Translations under genes and position numbers: made by a program
NCBI GenBank assembly: GCA_945946765.1
Contig: CAMEWS010000003.1
Location: 480-64,479, forward strand
Reading direction: 5' to 3'
DNA length: 64,000 nt
Source: an uncultured Clostridia bacterium
GTDB taxonomy: Bacteria; Cyanobacteriota; Vampirovibrionia; Gastranaerophilales; Gastranaerophilaceae
Shown here: piece by piece, positions 28,678 through 37,442 of the stretch
Numbering within the stretch: position 1 is the stretch's first letter
Layout of the letters: each line of letters begins with the position of its first letter
The notes under the pieces: model-generated
Databases searched by the model: none
What the model saw: the letters and a program-made list of their open reading frames with translations, nothing else
What the model was told of the DNA's origin: nothing

Positions 28678-29669
28678 TTCCTACTAACTATATCTTTTTC
28701 ATTTTGATAAAGGTACATTGCTTTTTCATAAATATTTTTAGCTGAATAGTTATCTGAGATTACAATAGATTTATACAAAAAATCTCTGGGTGCCCATTTT
28801 TCAATCATATCTTGTTTATAAAACACACTAACAACAGGTGTACCAACTGCACAAGCAAGATGCATTGTACCGGTATCAACGCTTATAAGCGACTTGCATA
28901 TTGTCAAAACATTAGCAAGTTGTTTGATTGTCGTAATATTTGTTAAATCAATAAAATTAACACAACCGTTCTTTTTTATATTGTCAGCAAAATCTCTGCA
29001 TTCTTTACCTGCTCCAAGGTAAAAAACGACTTTGTTATCTTTATTTGCAAGATTGATAATATTTATTGCAGTTTCAAGAGGCATATCTTTTGATTTTTGT
29101 TTGCTAACACAACATAAGCCGATTATATCTTTACCTGAAAACTGTTTTTTTAAATTCTGAATAAATAAATCTTCCTCTGCATTAGTTTGATACTTGACAG
29201 GGACAACTTTAGCATCTTGTCCTGTTAGGGTTTTAATAAAATCAGCATTTATATCCTGCATACTTTTGTATTCACCTGTTTCCTTGTGGATATCAGTAAG
29301 AAAATACTTTGTAAATTTTGTTGGTCCGGAAATTCTGACACGAGAACCAAGTAAATACGACACAAGAATACCCCTATCGTTATCATACAATACAAAAGAA
29401 GTATCAATTTTCCCTTTATATGGACATTCAAGAACAAACTTAATTAATCCCAATAAACCGCTATGGCGACCTCTTTTATCCATAGTAATAACATCATCAA
29501 CACACTGTTGATATTTTGCTGCTTCATAAAATGGTTCGTTAACAAGAAAGACTATTTTAGAATTAGGATAATGATGTTTTATATTTTGACATAACGCATT
29601 TGTTAAAATTACATCACCAAAATATGAAAGATTAATTATAAGAAATGTTTTTGTATTATTATTTTTCAT
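28674..29669 (-). CDS. glycosyltransferase family 9 (LPS heptosyltransferase-like)
   Basis: N-terminal LIINLSYFGDVILTNAL and C-terminal SVDTGTMHLACAVGTPVV are typical of RfaF/WaaC-type GT9 enzymes. Confidence 0.8.
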   Translation of the reverse strand: MKNNNTKTFLIINLSYFGDVILTNALCQNIKHHYPNSKIVFLVNEPFYEAAKYQQCVDDVITMDKRGRHSGLLGLIKFVLECPYKGKIDTSFVLYDNDRGILVSYLLGSRVRISGPTKFTKYFLTDIHKETGEYKSMQDINADFIKTLTGQDAKVVPVKYQTNAEEDLFIQNLKKQFSGKDIIGLCCVSKQKSKDMPLETAINIINLANKDNKVVFYLGAGKECRDFADNIKKNGCVNFIDLTNITTIKQLANVLTICKSLISVDTGTMHLACAVGTPVVSVFYKQDMIEKWAPRDFLYKSIVISDNYSAKNIYEKAMYLYQNEKDIVSRN

Positions 29670-29888
29670 TTTTTGTTTTTACCCGCTAACCAGTTAAAAT
29701 TTTATACAAATTATACATTTTACTATTTTATTATAAATATAATGAATAATATAACATTATGTTTCTACAGTAAACTGTATTCTTTTGTAACAACTTGTCC
29801 GATAGAATTAGATAAACTCTAACCACATACTGATAACTAGAACACGTCATAAACACAAATTCAATAATTAAATCCCTAATATGATAAT

Positions 29889-29914
29889 AAAAAAAGACAC
29901 CTCATTGGGTGTCT
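29889..29914 (-). terminator. rho-independent terminator (minus strand), inferred native terminator of the tRNA-Ile gene now separated by the island
   Basis: Minus strand reads AGACACC-CAATGA-GGTGTCT followed by T7. It lies immediately beside the TGGTGGG junction at 29921-29927. Confidence 0.6.
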
Positions 29915-30369
29915 TTATTATGGTGGGGGTTAACGTACAGCTTAACACTCTATATTCTCAAAAATGCTGCATAGACTAGGTTTTTAGATATTTTTCACCC
30001 TCAATTTTTATATAGCGATTTTTGCAAATCCTTTCGTCAAAAAACTGTATGTCATTTTTTGAATTTGTCTGATTTTATCTGACTTTTTAGAAAGGTTTGT
30101 AGATTTCTAACGTCTAACAAAAGGCAACTGCATTCACAGTATATAAAATTTTTTCGCAATCTCCTGTATTTATTAGTCATTTATACTCACAAAAAAATTA
30201 TGATTTCCGAAAGCATAATGACTACATTTTTGTGCATAGCAACTACACGGACATACACAAAAACTACAGTTCTGAAATCTTGAAATGTCTGATTTTGAGT
30301 GAGTTTATAGAAAAAACACTACAAAACTACAGTTTTGAAAAACAATAATATATTTGAAATATTTATTTG

Positions 30370-30714
30370 CTAGGCAGGGAGCTTATCTACAGACAAAGTG
30401 TATCCTAAGCCGTTTAGAATTTTGGTTATGGTCGTGAAGTTTGGCGATGTTTTTGTTTTTCCATGCAGCAAATCAACAAGATTTGCTCTGTTCATACCGA
30501 CCTGCTCAGCAAATTCTTTGACCGAACCGCGTGCTTTTATGACGTATTCCAACCCGCGATAGAACGCGCTGTAATCTCCGGTTTCAATGTAATCTTTTAT
30601 AGTTTCAGACAACCATGCTTGCTGAAAATCAGGGTCTTTTAGTTTTGCTTGCATATCTTCGTCGAAAGTCATACAACTTTCAAGATATTTACGTTGTTTG
30701 TCAGTAAGTTCCAT
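30370..30714 (-). CDS. higA: HigA-family antitoxin (addiction module antidote protein, HTH)
   Basis: 114 aa with C-terminal HTH FAEQVGMNRANLVDLLHGKTKTSPNFTTITKILNGLGYTLSV. Sits downstream of a RelE/HigB-like gene in the inverted higBA order. Confidence 0.78.
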   Translation of the reverse strand: MELTDKQRKYLESCMTFDEDMQAKLKDPDFQQAWLSETIKDYIETGDYSAFYRGLEYVIKARGSVKEFAEQVGMNRANLVDLLHGKTKTSPNFTTITKILNGLGYTLSVDKLPA

Positions 30715-30736
30715 TGTTATATTCCTTTCAGTATTA

Positions 30737-31057
30737 TTATTTACTCAAAAAATCTTCTAAATATTGGTTAGCTTTTTGAATCGTTTTCTTTTGTTCTTTT
30801 TTATCACTTCCTGCAAGAAAAAGAACTAATGTTGTGTCCAAATCAAGATAATATATTCTGTACCCTTTGCCAAAATCCATCCTTAGTTCAGACAATTCAG
30901 AGTTTTGGAGCTTTTTGTGGTCGCCATAATTTCCGTCTTTTAGCTTATCGACCCGTTTAGCCACGCGCACACGAACAGACATATCAAGTTCATTGTACCA
31001 TTCAGAATACGGGCATTTTCCGTCTTGGGTTTTGTAGTATAGAATCTGTTTTTCCAT
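30737..31057 (-). CDS. higB: HigB/RelE-family toxin (addiction module killer protein)
   Basis: 106 aa. The pattern YKTQDGKCPYSEWYNELD...RVAKRVDKLKDGNYGDHKKL...LSELRMDFGKGYRIYY is typical of the killer-protein family. Confidence 0.78.
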   Translation of the reverse strand: MEKQILYYKTQDGKCPYSEWYNELDMSVRVRVAKRVDKLKDGNYGDHKKLQNSELSELRMDFGKGYRIYYLDLDTTLVLFLAGSDKKEQKKTIQKANQYLEDFLSK

Positions 31058-31076
31058 AAATGCTCCTGATATTATC

Positions 31077-31098
31077 AGTGTATCCCATGGGATACACT
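31077..31098. promoter_or_regulatory. perfect 22-bp palindrome, probable HigA operator
   Basis: AGTGTATCCCATGGGATACACT is its own reverse complement. It lies 20 bp upstream of the higB start. Confidence 0.55.
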
Positions 31099-31175
31099 AT
31101 GTCAAGAGGAATATGCTTAGGGTCAGTCATAAACTTAGATCTGTCATTATTATGAAAAATGACTATTTAACATAC

Positions 31176-32261
31176 CTATTTTGGTTTTCGATGAAAATCC
31201 ACTACTTTGACGTTTCCATCTACCGATTTTATTCTTTTATTTATACATTTACCCAAAATTTCAAGATAATCAGATTCGTTAATGGTTAAAATTTTCATCA
31301 TTTCTGTTTTGCTGTAATCTAATTCATTATACAAATAAAATATTATATCTTTTAATAATGTAGGCTCCTCTTTTTCAATATCCATAGTTGGCTCGGTAAC
31401 TCGAAAACCTGATTGACTTAACCTTACATTTAAAGACTTGTATTTATTTTCATCAATTAATTCCAAATCTTTGGCTCGACGGATTAATGCCGACATAGAA
31501 ACTCTCCACATCGATTTTAAATTAGGAAGATTCCAAAATTCTAAATTTTTTAAATCTTCTTTTATATCTTTTGCAGGCATTAAAAAACTTGAAGCAAAGG
31601 AATTAGCCTCATCTTCTCGTTTTGCAGATAAGCTATTTCTATGCATTATTAAATGCCCCAACTCATGAGCCAATGTAAATCTATATCTATCTGGAGGTTG
31701 ATTTTTATTGATAATAATAAATCCAAACCCATATTTTTTATTATAAAAACTAACTCCATCAAATTTTTTAGGGTGCATATCTATTTCATTAATAATAATC
31801 CCAAATTGCTCTAAAATTTTAGTCAAATTTCTAACATATCCTTTTGGCATATCCCAAATATAACGGACTTCTTCAGCAATTGATTCGGGAGTATTTTCTT
31901 CATCTACAACTATTTCTGGAATATTTACATCCATATCTATAAAATTTAACAATTTAGATATGTAAATGTTATTTTTTGATGCAATTGAATCTATATAGTT
32001 CTCTTCTTTTTTCAACAAGGATGTTTTTTTTCTATGAAGACGAACCCCCATGTCTAATGCATAACAATCATTTTTAAAAAATTCGATAGGATAATCTAAC
32101 ACCTGAGAAATATCTTCCAAAAATTTCTCACTAGGATTATTGAGACCGGCTTCAACCTTGGAAATTATCACTTGAGAAATCTTTATCTTATCTGCCAGCT
32201 CTTGTTGTGTCATTTGACGAGATTCCCGAGCAATTCTTAGCATATCTGGATTAAATGTCAT
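31176..32261 (-). CDS. fused XRE-family HTH / ImmA-IrrE (DUF955, M78) metallopeptidase
   Basis: N-terminal LRIARESRQMTQQELADKIKISQVIISKVEAG (HTH_3), then an HEXXH site, FTLAHELGHLIMH, with downstream EDEANSFASSFLMP. Confidence 0.85.
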   Translation of the reverse strand: MTFNPDMLRIARESRQMTQQELADKIKISQVIISKVEAGLNNPSEKFLEDISQVLDYPIEFFKNDCYALDMGVRLHRKKTSLLKKEENYIDSIASKNNIYISKLLNFIDMDVNIPEIVVDEENTPESIAEEVRYIWDMPKGYVRNLTKILEQFGIIINEIDMHPKKFDGVSFYNKKYGFGFIIINKNQPPDRYRFTLAHELGHLIMHRNSLSAKREDEANSFASSFLMPAKDIKEDLKNLEFWNLPNLKSMWRVSMSALIRRAKDLELIDENKYKSLNVRLSQSGFRVTEPTMDIEKEEPTLLKDIIFYLYNELDYSKTEMMKILTINESDYLEILGKCINKRIKSVDGNVKVVDFHRKPK

Positions 32262-32898
32262 TTGCGTTTCTTTCTTCTTTGTTTTCTTGCTCTTTTTGTT
32301 CTTTTTCTTGTTTTAATGACTCTTTGACTCTAAAATTAGGTTTAATTTCTTGAAGATTCGTGTCTTTGTTTTCTCGAATATTATCAATGGCAGGGTGTTT
32401 CAATATTACAACATTATGATTATAAAGTGTTTCTACAAATTTATTATTGAAATCTGCTACACGTATTATTTGTAGAGTTGTCCTATCTACGGATGTTTTT
32501 ATACCTATTTCAAACTCAGAATCCTTTATTTCATCTTTTTGAGCAAAACATTCAAGTGGGAATGTCATTTGAGTAAACTCTGAATTTTCAATTATTTCTC
32601 TTTTCGCCTTAGGTAAGCTATTATGAAACTTAATTTTTACTTTTTCATTATTGATTATAAAATATTGGCTTAAGTGTGAACGACAATAGCATATGTCCTT
32701 TTCTTCTGCAAAACTTTTCAACGGTTCATACAAATTATCCTTTATATCAATTGTCATATTGTAATTGGAAGTTCTCTTAGATTTCTTTTCTAATTTTGCA
32801 ACATCAACAGCAAATTTTATAATCTGAATTAGTTCATCTTTAATTTCATAAATCTTGTTTAGTACTTCAGAACATTTATCAGTGTTAATATTTGTCAT
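32251..32898 (-). CDS. hypothetical protein, translationally coupled partner of the XRE-ImmA gene
   Basis: 215 aa. Its stop overlaps the ImmA start by 11 nt (AATGACATTTAA). Lys/Glu-rich C-terminal tail. No family recognised. Confidence 0.5.
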   Translation of the reverse strand: MTNINTDKCSEVLNKIYEIKDELIQIIKFAVDVAKLEKKSKRTSNYNMTIDIKDNLYEPLKSFAEEKDICYCRSHLSQYFIINNEKVKIKFHNSLPKAKREIIENSEFTQMTFPLECFAQKDEIKDSEFEIGIKTSVDRTTLQIIRVADFNNKFVETLYNHNVVILKHPAIDNIRENKDTNLQEIKPNFRVKESLKQEKEQKEQENKEERNANDI

Positions 32899-33154
32899 TA
32901 GTATCTCCCCTATTTATATTTTCATTTTACATGAATACTATAGCGCAGCATGTTTATTTTTTCAAGTGTTTTTATAACCAAATGTATAACCCCGATTTTA
33001 CTACATTCTCCAATATTTCATAGAAATAAATGTACGTCATAAAGAAAATTTTTCAACATAAAACTGTTTTTATTTAATTACGCATGCCAAATTATAACCA
33101 GTTTACAAAACTAGCATAAATCATAAAAGAAAAAACAAAAAAAAATATTTATAC

Positions 33155-34819
33155 TTAAATTGTTTTACTCAATTCAACATTTTTTTCCTTAGCAGAAAGA
33201 CTATTTATTATTTTATTTCTTGTTTGTGTCATACCGTGCTCATAATAAATTAAAGAAAATTGTTGCATCATCTCCATAGCAGCTTTATTGTACACAACAG
33301 TTTCTTTCATATATTCATTTTGTTCTATATCTGTTGCATCAAAAAGCAAATCAAATATATTTTCATCAATAGAATAGACCTTAACTCTCCACATAAATCG
33401 AGGATAACGAGAATTTGTTAATCGCAACTTTTCTTCTTTTGATAATAGTTCATCACTAATGATTGAATATTTAAACTCATTAATATCCGTCAAAAATATT
33501 TCCCAAGATAACCCAGGAGCCATTCTTTTTATTTGTTCATTATCTAATTGCATAGAAACACAGACGAACAAATGATTAAATTCATATACTTGCCTCAATA
33601 TAGACTCAAAAGGGATTCTTATTTTATGGTATGTAGGTATTAACAATGCTTTAGGAATTGCATGATAATTCTTTCTTCCATTTTCCATACCATAAGATGT
33701 AGTTAAAACCCATCTTTGATAGACCGAATCATCTTCATTTTTAATTACTTTTCCAAACATATCAACATCAAAACCGATTTGTCCAAATTCCATTTTTGCA
33801 AATGGTCCAACTTGATCATCATGTACATAAATTTTGGAAATATTAGCTGCTCTTAATTTGAGAGGAAACCCCTCATTCGGTTGTTGAAATACGCAATCTA
33901 CTTTTTTATTTTCATCAAAATTATAACCGACAATAGTTACGGCATGCAAATCAACTCGTTTAGTAATTTCGTTAATAAGTTTTATACCCAACATAACAGG
34001 TAAATGAGCTTTTAAATATGCGTAAATTGTTGCTTTAGTTAAAACTTCACTATCCGCACTTATATATAAAGGTTCTAACCCAACTTTATTTATGGCTTTA
34101 GCCATCATTTCTAGACTCAAACCATGATTTGGGAATGCTCTGTTCGATACAGGAAAATCCTGTGTGGCTGCCTTAGTTATTTCATATGGTGAGGGAATAG
34201 AATGATGAAACAATTCACCAGTGCCATAAAACATACTCCATAATGAACTAGTTGCACATGCTGCAACAACACTATCTTGTTCCTGAAAAGGAAGCGTTTC
34301 TATACAAAGCGGTATCCCCGCAAGATGTACCTTATGTTTCACAGTAGCAGGAAAATAACGATTATCTTCTTTAGGGTAGCATTTTAAACATGTCTTGCCA
34401 ATAATACTTTGTGGTAAATTTTTGATTACCATATAGCCAAGATAATTGTCTTGTAATTTTTGATGATTTTCTTGAAAAAGTTGAAAATCAGTCAATAAAC
34501 TATTAAATTTCTCTTCCGTTATGTCACAAGAAAAGAAATGTAAACGAGTACAAAAACGTTCATACGGATGAAAACACTTTACATAATAACTTGCATAATC
34601 ATTCAAAAAATCTTTATCAATATATTGTTTTTCAACAACAAAAGTTTTGACATTTAAAGTTTGTAAATAGTCTTTATAGAAATTATTATCAAGTTTTTGT
34701 TCTAGATAATTAGTGTTTATTTGAGAGAAAGTTAAAAGTACAGACTTTAAGGTTTCAAAATCATATGGCAATATTATAAAATTTTTACCATTTTCTTTTA
34801 AGTCAATATCTACGGTCAA
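33155..34819 (-). CDS. predicted papain-fold (C39-like) cysteine protease with unassigned N- and C-terminal domains
   Basis: 554 aa with a TTG start. Ordered motifs are QEQDSVVAACATSSLWSMFYGTG (Cys188), VDLHAVTIVGYNF (His292) and IYVHDDQVGPF (Asp333/334). Confidence 0.5.
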   Translation of the reverse strand: MTVDIDLKENGKNFIILPYDFETLKSVLLTFSQINTNYLEQKLDNNFYKDYLQTLNVKTFVVEKQYIDKDFLNDYASYYVKCFHPYERFCTRLHFFSCDITEEKFNSLLTDFQLFQENHQKLQDNYLGYMVIKNLPQSIIGKTCLKCYPKEDNRYFPATVKHKVHLAGIPLCIETLPFQEQDSVVAACATSSLWSMFYGTGELFHHSIPSPYEITKAATQDFPVSNRAFPNHGLSLEMMAKAINKVGLEPLYISADSEVLTKATIYAYLKAHLPVMLGIKLINEITKRVDLHAVTIVGYNFDENKKVDCVFQQPNEGFPLKLRAANISKIYVHDDQVGPFAKMEFGQIGFDVDMFGKVIKNEDDSVYQRWVLTTSYGMENGRKNYHAIPKALLIPTYHKIRIPFESILRQVYEFNHLFVCVSMQLDNEQIKRMAPGLSWEIFLTDINEFKYSIISDELLSKEEKLRLTNSRYPRFMWRVKVYSIDENIFDLLFDATDIEQNEYMKETVVYNKAAMEMMQQFSLIYYEHGMTQTRNKIINSLSAKEKNVELSKTI

Positions 34820-34993
34820 TTAAACACCTATGCGTAACTTCATAACTTCAGGTGACACTAATAATGATTGCACCATGTTTTGAGAAACATCACTAGCCTG
34901 TCTACTAGAATTAAGTACAAACTCTCTTCTTCCCTCTGAATTCATAAACTTAAGGATATCAGAAGTAATTTCTTTATATCTTAACTCTTCCAT
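34820..34993 (-). CDS. small 57-aa protein coupled to the protease-like gene
   Basis: Below the ORF-track size cutoff. The ATG at 34991-34993 has a GAGGG RBS 7 nt upstream. Product: MEELRYKEITSDILKFMNSEGRREFVLNSSRQASDVSQNMVQSLLVSPEVMKLRIGV. Its TAA stop is directly followed by the TTG start of the 554-aa ORF. Confidence 0.5.
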   Translation of the reverse strand: MEELRYKEITSDILKFMNSEGRREFVLNSSRQASDVSQNMVQSLLVSPEVMKLRIGV

Positions 34994-35142
34994 TTTACAC
35001 CCTCTTCTTATTTGAATAATATCATAAATGTTAATTATTTTACTAATATATTACTTTTTTTTACAAACTAAAATCCTATAAATACCGTATTGATATATTC
35101 AAGTATTTTAAAACAATACATTTTGTACTCGTTTCTTTTAAA

Positions 35143-35508
35143 TCACCCCTCAAACCCCTCCACAACTGACTTGAAATTTGGGTTTTGAGTGAGTTCTTTC
35201 AATATATCGCTTACTTCTCCTTTGGGGTAGTGGAGTTTTGGGTTTTTGTTGGCTAATTTTAGCATATATTTAACAAGAGATACGCTCATTTTGTGGTCTT
35301 TCAGCAGTCTTCTCAATCCTTTTAGCCATTCAACATCATACTGGCTGTACAAACGCTTTTTTACCTGACCTGTGTTGATTCTGTACACACTAATCAGCTT
35401 TGTTGTGTCGTACATTCTTAACCTGTCGGGAGTAATCCCCAACATGCCTGCAACAACACTTGTTGTCAATATCGGATTATCTTTTGCAAAATCATCTAAT
35501 TTTTTCAT
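35143..35508 (-). CDS. MerR-family HTH transcriptional regulator (possible excisionase-like factor)
   Basis: LTTSVVAGMLGITPDRLRMYD...RLYSQYDVEWLKGLRRLL fits the MerR N-terminal HTH/wing pattern. Confidence 0.68.
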   Translation of the reverse strand: MKKLDDFAKDNPILTTSVVAGMLGITPDRLRMYDTTKLISVYRINTGQVKKRLYSQYDVEWLKGLRRLLKDHKMSVSLVKYMLKLANKNPKLHYPKGEVSDILKELTQNPNFKSVVEGFEG

Positions 35509-35637
35509 AGTACCTCTTACTTATATGTTAGCGTGTTTGCACACTCACGGACACTATGATGTTTAGATATTAGACTAAGCATATTTTTATATACATCAAA
35601 AAGCCTATTTACATGTATACGGTATATTTCTAAAATA

Positions 35638-36675
35638 ATGAAAAGAATAAGAATAGAGGTATACATGAAAAAATCATTATTACTCGCTCTTGTAATTATG
35701 TTAACGTTTTCAAGCGGATGTACAGTTGTATCTCAGTCAAAAGCCGACACAACTGCACATAAACAAAAAATGATAAAAGTGGTAAATCCTGATGAGTCAT
35801 ATACATACAAAATGCCTGACGGTAGTATTGTTTTAGAAAATACATACCAAACTTTCGTATTCACAAAAACAGGAATTGCCGTATTTGAAGAAAACGGAAA
35901 ATATGGACTCATCAACGTATACGGAGAGAAAATTGTTGAGGCAATGTACGACTATATTGGTGAATACTCAGACGGAATGTGTGCCTTTTTCATACAGGAT
36001 TTGAACGGTGGTGTAAAAATCGGATACTTTGACGAGTTTGGGAAAGTTGTAATTGAACCAATATATACAGATGTGACTTTGTTCTCTGATTATTCTTACG
36101 ACTACAACTTTTATAACGGTATAGCATTATACAGAAGCCCTGAAAATCACAAGTACGGATATATAGACAAACTGGGCAACCATATAGTCGAGCCAATGTT
36201 CAACGATGCAGGTCCATACAAAGGAAATTTAGCACCTGTATCACAAGGAAACAAATATGGATACATAAGCAAAGACGGAGTGTTGAAAATTCCTTACAAG
36301 TTTGCAATTGCAGACCCCTTTTCAGACGGATTAGCCGCAGTATCTGACGACAAGGGTTGGGGCTATATCAATGAAAGCGGGCAATATGTAATACCACCGC
36401 AATTTGGCAGTTTTGAGGGTGGTGACGGTGAATTAGTTGCCGAACCGTTCATTGACGGCATTGCACCTGTTTATTTAGGCAAAGGTCAAGCAATTCGCTC
36501 TGAATTATACAAAGGACAATTCGCATTGATTGACAAAACAGGTCGTATCCTGAACGGCAAAAAATATGATTCTATCGGCAGAATCAGAACAGAAGACGGC
36601 AAAACACAGTATTTTGTCAAAGTGAACGGTCTTGAATACACACTGGATTCAAAAGGCAACAAAATAGCAGAGTAG
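35638..36675 (+). CDS. WG-repeat lipoprotein
   Basis: Lipobox LTFSSGC. Repeated KYGLINVYGEKIVEAMYDYI, KYGYIDKLGNHIVEPMFNDA, KYGYISKDGVLKIPYKF and WGYINESGQYVIPPQF units (WG_beta_rep type). Confidence 0.8.
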   Translation: MKRIRIEVYMKKSLLLALVIMLTFSSGCTVVSQSKADTTAHKQKMIKVVNPDESYTYKMPDGSIVLENTYQTFVFTKTGIAVFEENGKYGLINVYGEKIVEAMYDYIGEYSDGMCAFFIQDLNGGVKIGYFDEFGKVVIEPIYTDVTLFSDYSYDYNFYNGIALYRSPENHKYGYIDKLGNHIVEPMFNDAGPYKGNLAPVSQGNKYGYISKDGVLKIPYKFAIADPFSDGLAAVSDDKGWGYINESGQYVIPPQFGSFEGGDGELVAEPFIDGIAPVYLGKGQAIRSELYKGQFALIDKTGRILNGKKYDSIGRIRTEDGKTQYFVKVNGLEYTLDSKGNKIAE

Positions 36676-36689
36676 GAGAGATATTATAT

Positions 36690-37301
36690 ATGAAAAAACC
36701 ACTGATATTTGGAAGAATTATACTTGTACTTTATTTCATAGCATTGCTTGTTATAGCGGTGTTCGTTGTGCAAATAAAACTGGCATTATCAACTCCAAAC
36801 AAAGAAACATTAATACAAAAAATAATACCAAACAAACCAACAATAATTAAAATGCACCAAAAAATAGTTAATGAGAACAATTTAGAATTCACTATCAAAG
36901 ACAAGAATATAGTAGAAAAAATTTCTGCTCCTGTGGTCAAAACCACATACAACTATTGGGGCGAAGCAAGTAATGAAACACGCTATTATAAACCTGAAGA
37001 CGAAAACAACAGGCTCGTATATGTCAACTTGAATGCAAAAAGCTTATATAACAAAAAAGCTAATTTTAATGATTTGATGAAAGCCAAAATCGTATACAAT
37101 GACAAATACGAATTTGATTGTTTTCCAATAAAAACAACAAAAGATAAGACTGATTTCTCATTAAATATCAGCTTAATGCCGTTACAAAGCCAAGATGTTT
37201 ATCTAGTTGCGGAAATGCCCAAATACTTTGTAAACACCAAAAGCCCTATAATTTTAGAGATATTTATTGACAATACAAAATATATAGCAAAACTGAGATA
37301 G
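36690..37301 (+). CDS. hypothetical membrane-anchored protein
   Basis: Single N-terminal TM helix (IILVLYFIALLVIAVFVV) followed by a soluble, probably beta-rich domain. Confidence 0.5.
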   Translation: MKKPLIFGRIILVLYFIALLVIAVFVVQIKLALSTPNKETLIQKIIPNKPTIIKMHQKIVNENNLEFTIKDKNIVEKISAPVVKTTYNYWGEASNETRYYKPEDENNRLVYVNLNAKSLYNKKANFNDLMKAKIVYNDKYEFDCFPIKTTKDKTDFSLNISLMPLQSQDVYLVAEMPKYFVNTKSPIILEIFIDNTKYIAKLR

Positions 37302-37442
37302 GGAAAAACATTGTTCAACAAGAAACTATGAAAATTTCCAAATGCATTTACCTTACAAAAGCAAAAACAACTCGATTTTGAATATAAAAATATCTAGTAA
37401 ATGTTATGTACTATTTATAAGATAAATAGAAAGGATTAATTT

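Noticed and set aside
29921-29927. Treating the 7-bp TGGTGGG match as proof of the island boundary
   Set aside because: A heptamer can recur by chance in 16 kb. It is kept only as an inference, supported by the adjacent stranded terminator and the change in gene content. It is not established.
34820-34993. 57-aa protein as a ubiquitin-like modifier, or as a double-glycine bacteriocin precursor for a C39 peptidase
   Set aside because: It has no C-terminal Gly-Gly (it ends RIGV) and no GG leader motif. No E1/E2/JAB genes and no ABC exporter are nearby. It is kept only as an uncharacterised partner.
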